Shown: piece after piece, positions 23,063-36,021 of the stretch
Position numbering within the stretch: the stretch's first letter is position 1
Layout: every line of letters starts with the position of its first letter
Notes under the pieces: generated by a model
Databases searched by the model: none
Seen by the model: the letters and a program-made list of their open reading frames with translations, nothing else
Told to the model about the DNA's origin: nothing
Program-made: the position numbers and the translations under genes
DNA from: Alphaproteobacteria bacterium
Lineage (GTDB): Bacteria; Pseudomonadota; Alphaproteobacteria; GCA-2731375
Assembly: GCA_965225945.1 (NCBI GenBank)
Contig: CBDDBZ010000038.1
Span: 64,001 to 128,000 of the forward strand
DNA: 64,000 bases
Direction of reading: 5' to 3'

Positions 23063-23959
23063 ATGGATGGTCCCCGCCTCTGGGACCGGCGGGTGCGGGC
23101 CGAGGCCCTGCGAGGCTATCCCCTCGAAGACGTCGTCCGCCGCCTCGGCTACCGCCGCGATCCCACCGATGCCGCGCGCTGGAGGCGTCCCGGATCCGTC
23201 GTCAGCATCAACGGCTTTATGTTCTACGAACATCTGCGCGGCGAGGGCGGGGGCGGAGCGATCGACCTGGTAATCCATGCCTGCCGGTGCACCGTGCCCG
23301 AGGCCCTCGGCTTCTTCTCGGAACTGCCGTGCCGTGACCGGTTCCCGGCCGATCGCCACCCGAAGCCGCCGTGCCCGGACCGCCACTGGCCCGCCATCCA
23401 GAGCTACCTCGTCGAGCAGCGCGGCCTCGCGGATGTGCTCGTCGCCCTGTGCCGCGACCTCGGCTTGCTCTACGCCGACCGCCACGGCAACGCCGTGTTC
23501 GTCCGCCGAAACGCGGCCGGCGAGGCTCTCGGCGCCGAGATCGTCCCTGCCGCGGCGCCACGCCGCCTCGCGCCGACCGGCGCCGCCGCGCGCGGCGGCT
23601 TCTGGATATCGTGGGAACCCGACTGGCCGAACTCCGTCATCCTCGCCAAGAACGCAATCGACGCCCTGTCGGTCCTCTCCCTCCACCTCGTCCCGGCCGG
23701 GCGCAAGGGATGCGCCGTGGTCTCAACCGGCGGCGCCACCGCAAGCCTCCCCGAATGGATCGAGGCCTGGAACCCCGGCCGGATCTTCTGCGCCTACGAC
23801 GCCACCCGCCAGGGCGATGACGCCGCGGCACGGCTCATCCGAAACGACAGCAGGGTCGTCCGCCTGCGCCCTGCCCTCGACGGCCTGGACTGGAACGACA
23901 TGCTCATGCGCGACCGCGCCGGCGAACCGCTCCAGATCGATGACCGGCCCCTCGACTGA
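23063..23959 (+). CDS. DUF3991/Toprim primase-like protein with degenerate acidic motifs
   Basis: GGGGAIDLVIH, YLVEQRGL, LYADRHGNAVF, VILAKNAIDALS, IFCAYDATRQG, DWNDML. Confidence 0.7.
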   Translation: MDGPRLWDRRVRAEALRGYPLEDVVRRLGYRRDPTDAARWRRPGSVVSINGFMFYEHLRGEGGGGAIDLVIHACRCTVPEALGFFSELPCRDRFPADRHPKPPCPDRHWPAIQSYLVEQRGLADVLVALCRDLGLLYADRHGNAVFVRRNAAGEALGAEIVPAAAPRRLAPTGAAARGGFWISWEPDWPNSVILAKNAIDALSVLSLHLVPAGRKGCAVVSTGGATASLPEWIEAWNPGRIFCAYDATRQGDDAAARLIRNDSRVVRLRPALDGLDWNDMLMRDRAGEPLQIDDRPLD

Positions 23960-24210
23960 ATAGCCACAGCGCGAAACAAAATCAGCCAAGCCCAAAAGCA
24001 TCCCGTCAGCCAACCGCCACCGACCGCTCAAAAAGAGCACCATATAAGCGCACCCTGGAACCACCGCTAACACCGGCACGCTGCACCACATGGCGGACCC
24101 GGAGGCCGGCTGGCGGGTGCTGCGCGGCCTGCTCGCACGGCGCGGCCTGATGCGCATCGGCCTCTACAGCGAGCGCGGGCGCGCCGATGTAGTGGCGCTG
24201 CAGGAGCTAA

Positions 24211-25380
24211 TACCAATCGGCATTAACCAGAACTCATGCGCCCATTTACGCCGCCCGATGGACGTGATGTTCCATGGTTGATCGATGAGCTTGTTCCAGG
24301 CTTCGCAGCAGGAGGTGATGATCTGCTCGTCGGATTGGAAGACCAAGTTGGACAGCCAGTTGTCGCGCATGAACTGCCAGATGTTTTCGGTCGGATTGAG
24401 CTCCGGCGAGCGTGGTGGCAGGGGCAGGAGGGTAACGTTGGCGGGGATCTTCAGCTTGTCCGTGGTGTGCCAACCCGCCTGATCGAGGAGCAGGAGGGCA
24501 TGCGCGCGCGCGCCTACCCGGGAGGAGATCTCCTCCAGATGCAGCTGCATGGCCTGGGTGTCGCAGTGGGGGAGCACGAGGGCGGCGCCGACGCCGCGTT
24601 CGGGACAGATGGCGCCGAAGATATAGGCTGATTTGGTGCGCTGGTCATGCGGTGCGCGGGGCCGGGTTCCGCGCCGCGCCCAGCGCCGAGTGATCTTGTT
24701 CTTCTGGCCGACACGGGCTTCGTCCTGCCACCAGATTTCTATCTCGGTGCCGTCGGGCAGGCGCCGGCGAGCTTGCGCCACCAGCTCGGGGAATTTTTTT
24801 AAAATCCTCGATGACGCCCTCCTCCTGGGCATGGTGGCGCGGACGCGCCGTCATCTTCGTGAAGCCCGTCGCCTTCAATTCCCGGCTCACCGTGGTCTCG
24901 TCGAGCGAGATCGCGAACATATCCCGGATCCAGCCCGCCAGATCCTTCAGCCGCCAGCGCACCACGCCGTCGACCGCCGGGTTCGGCCCCGCATCGACGC
25001 GTGCCCCCAGCGCCTGGCGTTGTGCATCGTCGAGCTTCGCCACCGCACCGGGCGCCTTGCGATCGATCAAGCCGTCCGGGCCCTCGGCGTTGAAATGCAA
25101 CACCCAATCTCGGATCACCTGAAGCCCCACGTGGCCGGTCCGTGCCGCATCCGTCCGCCGCCCACCGTCATAGATCACCGCGAGAGCCAAGAGCCGGCGG
25201 CTCTGGCCGGCATCCTTGGAAAGCTTCGCCAAGCGACGCAGCTCCGCCGCATCGAAATCCTCTCGTAACCCGATCGCCGCTCCCATGGTGAACCTCCTCA
25301 ACTCCGAATCACCGGAATTGAGTCAGAAATCATCCACCATGGGAATCCTCAAAGTGAGTCTCCCTCAAGGCCGATTGGTA
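24211..25380 (-). mobile_element. IS630-family element; transposase in two frames (orfA from 25286, orfB to ~24215)
   Basis: IR TACCAATCGGC, flanked by TA(A); HTH orfA; orfB WWQDEARVG, LLDQAGWH, SPELNPTENIW; slippery TTTTAAAAAAA near 24800. Confidence 0.9.
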
Positions 25381-25859
25381 TAATCGCCCGCGAGGGCTGG
25401 CAGCCGACGGCCGAGGGCATCCGCGCGGTGCGTGCGGCGTGGCGCGATCCACCCGCCGGTTCGTCGGCGCCGCCGTTGACCGAGAGCCCTGATTTCTTCT
25501 CGCTGAGCGGCTGCCGCGACATGCTGTTCCACGTGCGGGAGGTGCGCTTCGATCCGCCGCGCATAGCCCGCGCCCTGGCGGAGCTGGATCTCGTCTTCGC
25601 CGGTTTCGAGCTGCCGGACGAGTCGATCCGCCGCGCCTTCGCACAGCACTTTCCGGCGCCCGAGGCGCGGCACGACCTCGCCGCCTGGGACCAGTTCGAG
25701 GCGGAGAACCCGGCGGTATTCGCCGCGATGTACCAGTTCTGGTGCCAGGCCGGATAAGTCTCCCGCCATTCTACCCCCCACCGCCATGCGCACAGCATAG
25801 GCGATGACGGCGCAGACGCCGCCGACGCCCACGGTCTCGCCGACGCGGCGGGTGAACGC

Positions 25860-26022
25860 CTGCGCCTTCGTCAGCGCCTTCTCCTCTGCCGGCATGCCGG
25901 CAGAGGAGAAGGCGGAGCGGAACCTGCGGCTGTTCTCGGAGACGGTGCTACCGCGCTTGCACACCCATGACGCGGGCGGCGCCATCGACCGTTCCGACGA
26001 ATTCGCCCAGGCCGCCGAATAG
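25860..26022 (+). pseudogene. C-terminal fragment of an LLM-class oxidoreductase
   Basis: FSSAGMPAEEKAERNLRLFSETVLPRL resembles luciferase-like C-termini; nothing matching upstream. Confidence 0.45.
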
Positions 26023-26115
26023 TCCCGATCCCGGCTCGGGCGCTCTCCGCGCGAGGCCATGCCACCGAACCGCCCCGACCGGCGCCGCCCCGGCCGCCCA
26101 TCGGGGTCGCCGCGA

Positions 26116-27840
26116 TCAGATATCGGCGTAGCAGTGGGTCTCCGCCGCAGCCCCGGGGTGCGTCACCGCGCCCTTGTGGGCGGGGCCGACGGCCTGGGCG
26201 TATTTCCACAGCGCGCCCGACTGATAGTCCGTCCGGCGCGGCTGCCAGGCGGCCCGCCGCGCGGCCATCTCCGCCTCCGAGATCCGGACGTCGATCGTGC
26301 CGGCTTCGGCGTCGATATGGATCTCGTCGCCGTCCTGCAACAGTCCGATCGGACCGCCGACCGCGGCCTCTGGCCCGACATGGCCGACGCAGAAGCCGCG
26401 CGTCCCGCCGGAAAAGCGACCGTCGGTGATCAGCGCCACCTTCTCGCCCATGCCCTGGCCGTAGATCGCCGCCGTGGTCGCCAGCATCTCCCGCATGCCA
26501 GGGCCGCCCTTCGGTCCCTCGTAGCGGATGATGATGATGTCGCCTTCCTCGTAGTTGCGCGCGCGGACCGCCGCGAAGGCTTCCTCCTCGTTGTCGAAGC
26601 AGAGCGCGACGCCGGTGAATTGCTGGCGCTCCATGCCGGCCACCTTCACGATCGCGCCGTCCGGCGCGAGATTGCCCTCGAGGCCGACGACACCGCCCGT
26701 GGCCGAGATCGCCCGGCTCACCGGATAGACCACGTCCTGATCCTCGGGGAAGACCACGTCGGCCAGGTTCTCCGCGATGGTCTTGCCGGTGACCGTCAGG
26801 CAGTCGCCGTTCAGGTGGCCGCCGTCCAGCAACGCCTTCATCAACACCGGTACGCCGCCGATGTCGTAGAGGTCCTTGGCGACGTATTTGCCGCTCGGCT
26901 TCAGGTCGGCGATGTAGGGCGTCTGCTTGAAGATCCGGCAGACCTCTTCCATGTCGAAGTCGATACCCACCTCGTGCGCGATCGCCGGCAGATGCAGGCC
27001 AGCGTTGGTCGAGCCGCCGGAGGCGGCGACCACGACGGCCGAATTGCGCAGCGCTTCCCGCGTGATGATGTCGCGCGGCCGAATGCCCTGGGCCAGCAGC
27101 TCCATCACTTGCTCGCCCGAAGCCACGGCGAAGGCGTCGCGACTCTCGTAGGACGCGGGCGGGCCCGCGGATCCGGGGAGTGCTATTCCCATCGCTTCCG
27201 AAACGGTCGCCATGGTGTTGGCGGTGAACTGGCCGCCGCAGGAGCCCGCCGAGGGGCAGGCCACGCACTCCAGCTCGTGCAGGTCCGCCTCGCTCCAATT
27301 GCCCGCCGCGACCTGGCCCACGCCCTCGAAGACGTCGACCACGGTGACATCCTGGTCGCGGAACCTGCCGGGCAGGATGGAGCCACCATAGAGGAAGATC
27401 GCCGGCACGTTGAGCCTGGCCATCGCCATCATGATGCCGGGCAGCGACTTGTCGCAGCCGGCGATGCCGATCATCGCGTCGTAGCAGTGGCCGCGCATGG
27501 TGAGTTCGGTGGAATCGGCGATCGCCTCGCGGCTCGCGAGAGAAGACTTCATGCCCTGATGGCCCATGGCGATGCCGTCGGTGACGGTGATGGTGGTGAA
27601 TTCGCGTGGGCTGCCGTGCCCGTTCTTGACCCCGAGCTTGGCCGACTGTGCCTGGCGGCCGAGCGAGATGTTGCACGGCGCGGCCTCGTTCCAGGTGGTG
27701 ACCACGCCGACGAGGGGTTGGTGGATCTCCTCCTCCGTCATGCCCATGGCGTAGTAGTAGGACCTGGCCGGCGCCCGCTCGAAGCCCTCGGTGACGTGGC
27801 GGCTCGGCAGCTTGGATTTGTCGAAGGTCTTGACGTCCAT
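26116..27840 (-). CDS. ilvD: Dihydroxy-acid dehydratase
   Basis: [58 protein letters not shown]. Confidence 0.96.
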   Translation of the reverse strand: MDVKTFDKSKLPSRHVTEGFERAPARSYYYAMGMTEEEIHQPLVGVVTTWNEAAPCNISLGRQAQSAKLGVKNGHGSPREFTTITVTDGIAMGHQGMKSSLASREAIADSTELTMRGHCYDAMIGIAGCDKSLPGIMMAMARLNVPAIFLYGGSILPGRFRDQDVTVVDVFEGVGQVAAGNWSEADLHELECVACPSAGSCGGQFTANTMATVSEAMGIALPGSAGPPASYESRDAFAVASGEQVMELLAQGIRPRDIITREALRNSAVVVAASGGSTNAGLHLPAIAHEVGIDFDMEEVCRIFKQTPYIADLKPSGKYVAKDLYDIGGVPVLMKALLDGGHLNGDCLTVTGKTIAENLADVVFPEDQDVVYPVSRAISATGGVVGLEGNLAPDGAIVKVAGMERQQFTGVALCFDNEEEAFAAVRARNYEEGDIIIIRYEGPKGGPGMREMLATTAAIYGQGMGEKVALITDGRFSGGTRGFCVGHVGPEAAVGGPIGLLQDGDEIHIDAEAGTIDVRISEAEMAARRAAWQPRRTDYQSGALWKYAQAVGPAHKGAVTHPGAAAETHCYADI

Positions 27841-27929
27841 GGTCTCGCGTCTCCTCCCGGAATGGCGTTGCTTCGCGTCACTCTTAGCACAAGGCCCAGG
27901 CGGCGCGCATGCCCCGCGCGCCGCTTGCG

Positions 27930-28952
27930 TCAGCCGGAGATCAGTGGCCGGACCCGCTCCGCCAGCAGCTCGATGGTGCGGAGCACCAGGCGCTGTTCCA
28001 TGCCCAGCCATTGCACGCGGGCGATCAGGCGGGTGGCGCCGGTCGCCTCGGCCAGCGCCGACAGCTGCTGGGCGCAATCCTCGGGCGAGCCGATGATGAC
28101 GCGCCCCTCGAGCAGCTCGGCCAGATCGAGCTGCGCCTTGGGGGCGCCGACCACCTCGGTAAAGAGGCCCCAGTCGCCGAAGATCCGGTAACTCGCCTCC
28201 AGATAGGGCGCGGCGTCGCGAACCGCGGTCTCGCGATTCCGCGCCACGACGATGTTACGCAAGATCGGGAAGTCCGTCGGGAACGGTTTCCCGGCCGCTG
28301 CCAGCGCCGCGCGGTAGATCTCCGCCTGTTCGACAATGGTCGGCTGCGTCAGGTGCGAGGAGGCGACCCAACTGTCGCCGAATTGCGTCTCCGAAAGCCG
28401 TGCCGCCCGTTTCACCGCCTTGGCCACGCTACCGCCGAACCAGAACGGGGGGCGTGGATCCTGGATCGGCTTCAGGGCCAGGCTGGTGTCCTCGACCTGG
28501 TAATGCCGGCCCGCGAAGCTGACGGCCTCCTCCCGCCACAGCCGGCGGATGATTTCGTGGCTCTCCAGGAAGCGGCCGAGACGCGTGCGATGGTCGAGGC
28601 CCAAGTGCCTCGACTCGTCCTCCTGCCAGCCGGGTGCCACGCCGAGGATCAAACGGCCGGCCGAGGCGAGGTCGAGAAATGCCGCCTGCTGCGCCACGTG
28701 CCGCGGATCGAAGAGCGGCAGGACCAGCATGCAGGTGGCGATCGACAGGCCGTCGGCCTCGGGCGCCAGGCGGGCCAGCGTCTCCAGCGGCGGGAACCAG
28801 GCGGCGGGCCCAAAGGAGAGGTGATGGCCGATGGCGATTCCGTCGTAGCCGAGCGCGCGGGCGAGGCGGACCTGCTCGACATGCTCGTCGAGCCGGCGGG
28901 CGAGATCGTCGGCGGCGGGGTGTTCGGGATTGATGAAGAGCGTGAGTTTCAC
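27930..28952 (-). CDS. LLM-class flavin-dependent oxidoreductase
   Basis: LGYDGIAIGHH, LPLFDPRHVAQQAAFLDLASAGRLILGV, KPIQDPRPPFWFGG, IIGSPEDC; GTG start. Confidence 0.88.
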   Translation of the reverse strand: MKLTLFINPEHPAADDLARRLDEHVEQVRLARALGYDGIAIGHHLSFGPAAWFPPLETLARLAPEADGLSIATCMLVLPLFDPRHVAQQAAFLDLASAGRLILGVAPGWQEDESRHLGLDHRTRLGRFLESHEIIRRLWREEAVSFAGRHYQVEDTSLALKPIQDPRPPFWFGGSVAKAVKRAARLSETQFGDSWVASSHLTQPTIVEQAEIYRAALAAAGKPFPTDFPILRNIVVARNRETAVRDAAPYLEASYRIFGDWGLFTEVVGAPKAQLDLAELLEGRVIIGSPEDCAQQLSALAEATGATRLIARVQWLGMEQRLVLRTIELLAERVRPLISG

Positions 28953-28980
28953 CGCGCGGCGCCCCCGCCTCGCCGCTGTT

Positions 28981-31632
<2,652 letters not shown>

Positions 31633-31718
31633 CGCCGAACCCTTCCTCGTCGCGCGCCGGCGCAGCATCGCGCCAGCGACCGTTTGCGCCGCTTATAGCG
31701 GGGAAGGGGGGAGGGCCG

Positions 31719-32357
31719 TCAATCCTCGTCCGCGCGTCCGGAGATCCGATTGATTTCGCGCTCGACCAGGCGTTGCACCAGCGTCGGCAGATTGTCGTCG
31801 AGCCAATCCTTGAGCATCGGGCGCAAGAGATCCTTGACCAGTGCCTCCAGCGTCGTGGCGCCGGTGCCGAGTTGCACGCCCCGCGAATCCATCACCGCGC
31901 CGGCGAGATCGGAGAGAGAGGTCGCCGCCACGAAGGCGGCGGGATCGGAAACGATGGTGGCCGGCCCGCCCTCCGGTCGCGTCTCCAGAACCACCGGTTC
32001 GGGCTCCAATATCGGCGTCGGCGGGGATTCTGGCTCGGGTTGGGGCTCTGGCTCGGGTTGGGGCTCTGGCTCTGCTTCCGGTTCCGGCTCAACCTCGACG
32101 GCCTCGACGGCCTCGACGGCCTCGACCGTCTCGGGATCCGTCAGGTCGGTGACCGAGCCATCGTCGTTGACGACGCTGGTGAGTTCCAGGATTTGGGCCT
32201 CGTCCTCCTCGACCGGCTCGGGCACGGGCGTGGGCTCCGGTGGGGCCGCCTCGCCCTCCGGTTGCGCCGCTGGCGCGTCTTCGTCGGAGATGATCCGGCG
32301 GATCGACGCCAGAATCTCCTCCATGGTCGGTTCGTCGTCGGCTTTCACGTCGCTCAT
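31719..32357 (-). CDS. popZ: Polar organizing protein PopZ (DUF2497)
   Basis: EPTMEEILASIRRII, Pro/Glu-rich linker, TLEALVKDLLRPMLKDWLDDNLP; lies between tolC and valS. Confidence 0.9.
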   Translation of the reverse strand: MSDVKADDEPTMEEILASIRRIISDEDAPAAQPEGEAAPPEPTPVPEPVEEDEAQILELTSVVNDDGSVTDLTDPETVEAVEAVEAVEVEPEPEAEPEPQPEPEPQPEPESPPTPILEPEPVVLETRPEGGPATIVSDPAAFVAATSLSDLAGAVMDSRGVQLGTGATTLEALVKDLLRPMLKDWLDDNLPTLVQRLVEREINRISGRADED

Positions 32358-32591
32358 GCGCGACTCCGGGAATCAAATTTGCTCGACTCGACCTCGGAGG
32401 CTACGCGACGATGGTTAAAAAGACCAGAACAGGGATTGATGAAACGCTAAAGAGGATGGCGTGCTTCAGGTTTAAAGCTATACGCCGGGGGAGCGGGCGG
32501 CCTCGACCAAGCTTGAAATGCTCTAGCCGCCTCGGCGCGCCGCCGACCATGGGCGCCGGCCCCGACCGCATCGAAGGGGCGTTCGGGGCCT

Positions 32592-34019
32592 CTACTCCTC
32601 GACCTTCCAGCCCCAGTATTTGTTTCTGACCCGGCCGTAGTGGGTGGTGGGATCATAGGGGGTGACGGGGACCTCGAGGCGGGCGACGGAGAGCCGGCCG
32701 ACGGCGGCGTGGAGGGTGAAGCCGGCGACGTATTCGTCGCGCTCGGCCTCGACCAGGCCGACCCGGGCGTCCAGCAGCTCCTGCTCGGCGTCGAGCACGT
32801 CCAGCGTGGTGCGCGAGCCGACCGCGGCCTCCTGGCGCACGCCCTCCAGCGCGATCTCGTTGGCCCGGACCTCCTGCTGGCGGGCGGCGATGTTGGAGCG
32901 CGCGGTGCCCAGGTTCTCCCAAGATTGCGTCACCGTCTCCACCGCCCGGCGCCGCGCCCGCTCGACCTCGATGCGGCGCTGGTTCCTCAGCTCCTTGGCC
33001 TGGCGCACCCGGGCATGCACCGCGCCGGCCTGATAGAGCGGCACCGTGACCCGCGCCAGGATCGAGATCGAGTGGGTGGTGACGTACTCCCGCGTGGTCT
33101 CGTGGCCGCCATCGACGGTGCCGTTCAACGTCGCGTTCGGCAGGATTTCGCCGAAGGCCACCTCGACCGCGTCGCGGGCCGCGTCCTCCTGGTGTCCGGC
33201 ACCCTCCAGGTCCGGGTTCTCGGCCAGCGTGATCGCCATCGCCTCTTCCAGCGAGGCCGGCAACGCGGGCAGCGGCGGGGCTCCCTCCAGATCCCCCGGC
33301 TGGCCGCCGATCACCTGCGCGTAGGTCGCGTCGGAGACCGCCAGGCTGCCCTCGGCGGAGATCCGCTCGGCGATCGTGCGCGCGAGCCGCGCCTCCGCCT
33401 GGGCGACGTCGGTGCGGGTCACCTCGCCGACGTCGAAGCGGTCCTGCGTCGCCTCCAACTGGCGACGCAGGACCCGCTCGTTGTTGAGGTTGAGCTCGAC
33501 CCGGGCGCGGTCGCGCAGCACGTCCATATAGGCGGTGACGGCGGCCAGCAGCACGCTTTGCTCGCGCGACCGTAGCCGGGACCGGCCGGCCAGCACCTGC
33601 TTCTCGGCCTGGGCCGTAGCGGCGATGGTGCGCCCGCCGCGATAGAGCGGCTGCACCACCGAGAGCCGGCCGTTCACCTGGCGCAGGTTCTGCCTCCGGC
33701 TCGCCGAGGTATCGGAGTACACGTAGCCGCCCGCGGCGTCGACCGACACCGTCGGCCGCCAACCGGCCAACGCTTGCGGCACCGTCTCGTCGACGCCGCG
33801 CAGCTCAGCCCGGGCGGCGCCGAGGTCGGGGTTTTCGAGATAGGCCCGGGCCAACGCGTCGCGCATCGTCTCCGCGCCCGCGGCCTGGGTCGTCTCCGCG
33901 CCCGCGGCCTGGGTCGTCTCCGCGCCCGCGGCCTGGGTCCAACTCGCGCCGACGATCGCCACGAGCGCCAACGCGCCTCGAAATCTGCTCATGCTTGCCC
34001 TCGCGAAATTCGCTGGCAC
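32592..34019 (-). CDS. TolC-family outer membrane protein
   Basis: NPDLGAARAELRGVDE, RFDVGEVTRTDVAQAEAR, VGSRTTLDVLDAEQEL; exact start uncertain. Confidence 0.92.
   Translation of the reverse strand: MPANFARASMSRFRGALALVAIVGASWTQAAGAETTQAAGAETTQAAGAETMRDALARAYLENPDLGAARAELRGVDETVPQALAGWRPTVSVDAAGGYVYSDTSASRRQNLRQVNGRLSVVQPLYRGGRTIAATAQAEKQVLAGRSRLRSREQSVLLAAVTAYMDVLRDRARVELNLNNERVLRRQLEATQDRFDVGEVTRTDVAQAEARLARTIAERISAEGSLAVSDATYAQVIGGQPGDLEGAPPLPALPASLEEAMAITLAENPDLEGAGHQEDAARDAVEVAFGEILPNATLNGTVDGGHETTREYVTTHSISILARVTVPLYQAGAVHARVRQAKELRNQRRIEVERARRRAVETVTQSWENLGTARSNIAARQQEVRANEIALEGVRQEAAVGSRTTLDVLDAEQELLDARVGLVEAERDEYVAGFTLHAAVGRLSVARLEVPVTPYDPTTHYGRVRNKYWGWKVEE
33867..33939 (-). repeat. 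24-bp tandem repeat x3 inside tolC (TQAAGAET)
   Basis: CGTCTCCGCGCCCGCGGCCTGGGT repeated three times, in frame. Confidence 0.9.
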
Positions 34020-34101
34020 CCCGGGGGGCGTCGAGCCGACCCTAGTTCAGCCCGACCACGCGGGCAAACCGATACCGATACGAACCCCTCGCCGGTCGTC
34101 C

Positions 34102-34815
34102 TCAGAACCGGAACGTCGCCGACGCCTCCAACCCCGGCAACACCGGGACCTGCGCGTCGAACAGTTCCGTATGGGAAACCACGCCGTCCCGGCGCCGGTA
34201 AAGCATGGCCCGGCCAACCTCGCCTTCGCGCGAAACCAGGACCATGCGGCCGCCCTCACTCAACTGTTCGACCAGCGCTTCGGGCGGGCGCGCGGTGGCG
34301 CCGTTGACGACGATGACGTCGTAGGGACCTTGCTCGGCGCAGCCTTCCTCCAGCGCGCCCTCGACCACGGCGGCGTTGTCGATGCCGACCTCGGCCAGCG
34401 CCCGGTTGGCCCAGCCGGCGAGCTCGCCGTCGCTTTCGAGGGCGACCACGGCGCTCGCCAGGCGAGCCAGCACGGCGGTCGAGTAGCCGCTGGCGCAGCC
34501 GACGTCGAGCACCGCGTCCTCCGGCCCGATCGCCGCCGCCTGCAGCAGCCGCGCCAGCACGACCGGCGCCAACAGACAGCGGCCGGGGGCCACCGGCATG
34601 TCTTCGTCGACATAGGCGACGGCCCGCATCGTCGATGGCACGAAGGGCTCGCGCGGTATCTCCAGGAACGCCTCCGCGATCCGCTCGTCGGTGACGTTGT
34701 TGGGCAGGATTTGCCCCTCGACCATGGCCTTGCGCCGGTTTCCGCTCGCTTCCAAGCGCCTCTCCTCCACCCCTCCGATCGTCGCGACGTTATAGGGCTC
34801 GGGCGGCCCGGACAC
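34102..34815 (-). CDS. pcm: Protein-L-isoaspartate O-methyltransferase family protein
   Basis: MVEGQILPNNVTD, PREPFVP, VLDVGCASGYSTAVLA, PYDVIVV; canonical position upstream of tolC; start uncertain. Confidence 0.85.
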   Translation of the reverse strand: MSGPPEPYNVATIGGVEERRLEASGNRRKAMVEGQILPNNVTDERIAEAFLEIPREPFVPSTMRAVAYVDEDMPVAPGRCLLAPVVLARLLQAAAIGPEDAVLDVGCASGYSTAVLARLASAVVALESDGELAGWANRALAEVGIDNAAVVEGALEEGCAEQGPYDVIVVNGATARPPEALVEQLSEGGRMVLVSREGEVGRAMLYRRRDGVVSHTELFDAQVPVLPGLEASATFRF

Positions 34816-34905
34816 AACGTCGGATGAGGCCGGACGGGACGCGTTGACCCGGCGCCCGGCAAGGATTAAGTAAACTCGGTCGCGGCCGCGGCGGGCCTGG
34901 GCACA

Positions 34906-34979
34906 GGCGCGGTGGGAGAGTGGTTATCCAGCGGACTGCAAATCCGTTTACACCGGTTCGAATCCGGTCCGCGCCTCCA
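34906..34979 (+). tRNA. tRNA-Cys(GCA)
   Basis: Acceptor stem GGCGCGG/CCGCGCC, anticodon arm GCGGA-CTGCAAA-TCCGT, T-loop GGTTCGAATCC, encoded CCA; 74 nt. Confidence 0.97.
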
Positions 34980-35519
34980 AATATTTCAATAACTTAGCGA
35001 AGATTTCGAGACGCCGCCGAGTTCGTGTCAATACCAGGTAACCATAGCTCCTGGATGACCGTTTCCCGGGCCAGGGAGGCGGCTGGACGGCGATGCCGGG
35101 CGTTCGGGTAGGGGTTTCCCGCCCCCGCCACGCTCGCGGCGCGTCCAGCTTTTGCGGGCGCCGTGAACCGCCTACGCTGGCGATGCGCGACGATAAGGGG
35201 ATCGCCATCTACCGTGTCGGCGCGCGGCCCCCGCCGCCGTCGGATTGCGAGGGAGCGGCGGTGGGGGCACCCGCCACGCTCACGGCGCGACGCGACTTCC
35301 GTGGGGTTCAACCGGGGGCTACACTTGACGGGCGCGACGACAATGGGAACGGATTGCCCCCACGTCGCGCGGCCCCCGCCGTAGGCTCCCCCATCCCGGC
35401 GGCGGGGGTTCTCGACGTCACCTCGATTCGCCTTCACCGAACCGCCGCCAGAGCCGCCCCGAGCGGTCCGGCCGGCCGATTGTCTTCGCCACCACCCGTC
35501 GCCGAGGATCGTGGATCGG

Positions 35520-35606
35520 CGATGTCCGGAATCGCACCATCGACCTCTGGTGTACCCCCAGGACTCCCCGTAATATTAGCAGGTGCTAACAGGAGAATAT
35601 TGACCC
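35520..35606 (-). repeat. Conserved ~85-bp motif, homologous to the rejoined sequence 59717-59723 + 63367-63445
   Basis: GGGTCAATATTCTCCTGTTAGCACCTGCTAATATTACGGGGAGTC vs GGGTCAA|CAATTTCCTGTCAGCATTTGCTAATATCATGGAGAGTC, ungapped. Confidence 0.7.
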
Positions 35607-36021
35607 GTTCGAGACATTGGACAGGTTGGTATAGCAACTAATTGACGGCCTGCGACCGCCACCTCTACCACCGTGACGGCGGCCCATCGTGTAGCATCCA
35701 GATCGCCCGATAGGACAGGAGTGTGCTGCGCAGGTCGGAGTGCGCCCTCCCAGTGCAAAATGGTCACGGGTCCGAGTTGCTCATCGTCAAATCAGCTCGA
35801 CAAAGAGCGGGCCACGGCCTACCGTGTCAGCTCAGAGTCGGATTCGCGGTCGGATGCCCATCCTGTGATTGGGAGGAGCCATCTGGGGAATCCCGGTTTA
35901 GCGTCGAGAGCGTAGCATAGGGGGAAACTCATGCGGCGCCTGATGGCACATTTATTCATTGTCGGTCTGGTTGGCGGGTGCGTGAAATCCGATGTAGTTC
36001 GGTTGTTATCGTGAGAAAACG

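Larger units (their letters stand above)
19932..24072 (+). mobile_element. IS21-family element with two extra genes (4141 bp)
   Basis: TG...CA ends; imperfect 35-bp IRs TGTCGGTGGCG..GCGCTTAGATGGTG / TGTTAGCGGTGG..GCGCTTATATGGTG; 5-bp TSD CCGGC at 19927-19931 and 24073-24077; removing it restores the host reading frame. Confidence 0.92.
18560..25757 (+). pseudogene. TPR-repeat class I SAM-dependent methyltransferase, in pieces 18560-19931, 24078-24210 and 25384-25757
   Basis: TPR (AEAHDNLAVAL), QYEENAYPRW, VLVAGCGTG, FDLIECSG|TLHHMADP..GLMRIGLYSE..|..CRDMLFHVRE..MYQFWC; frameshift near 18745; two IS insertions. Confidence 0.88.

Noticed and set aside
32025-32125. Short tandem repeats in popZ
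   Set aside because: Ordinary low-complexity Pro/Glu linker of PopZ
34960-35010. Integrative element at tRNA-Cys
   Set aside because: No adjacent integrase and no duplicated tRNA 3' end found by eye; only a short AT-rich tail
35574-35592. CIRCE/HrcA operator (TTAGCA..TGCTAA)
   Set aside because: The half-sites are only 2 bp apart, whereas CIRCE is TTAGCACTC-N9-GAGTGCTAA; no chaperone gene nearby
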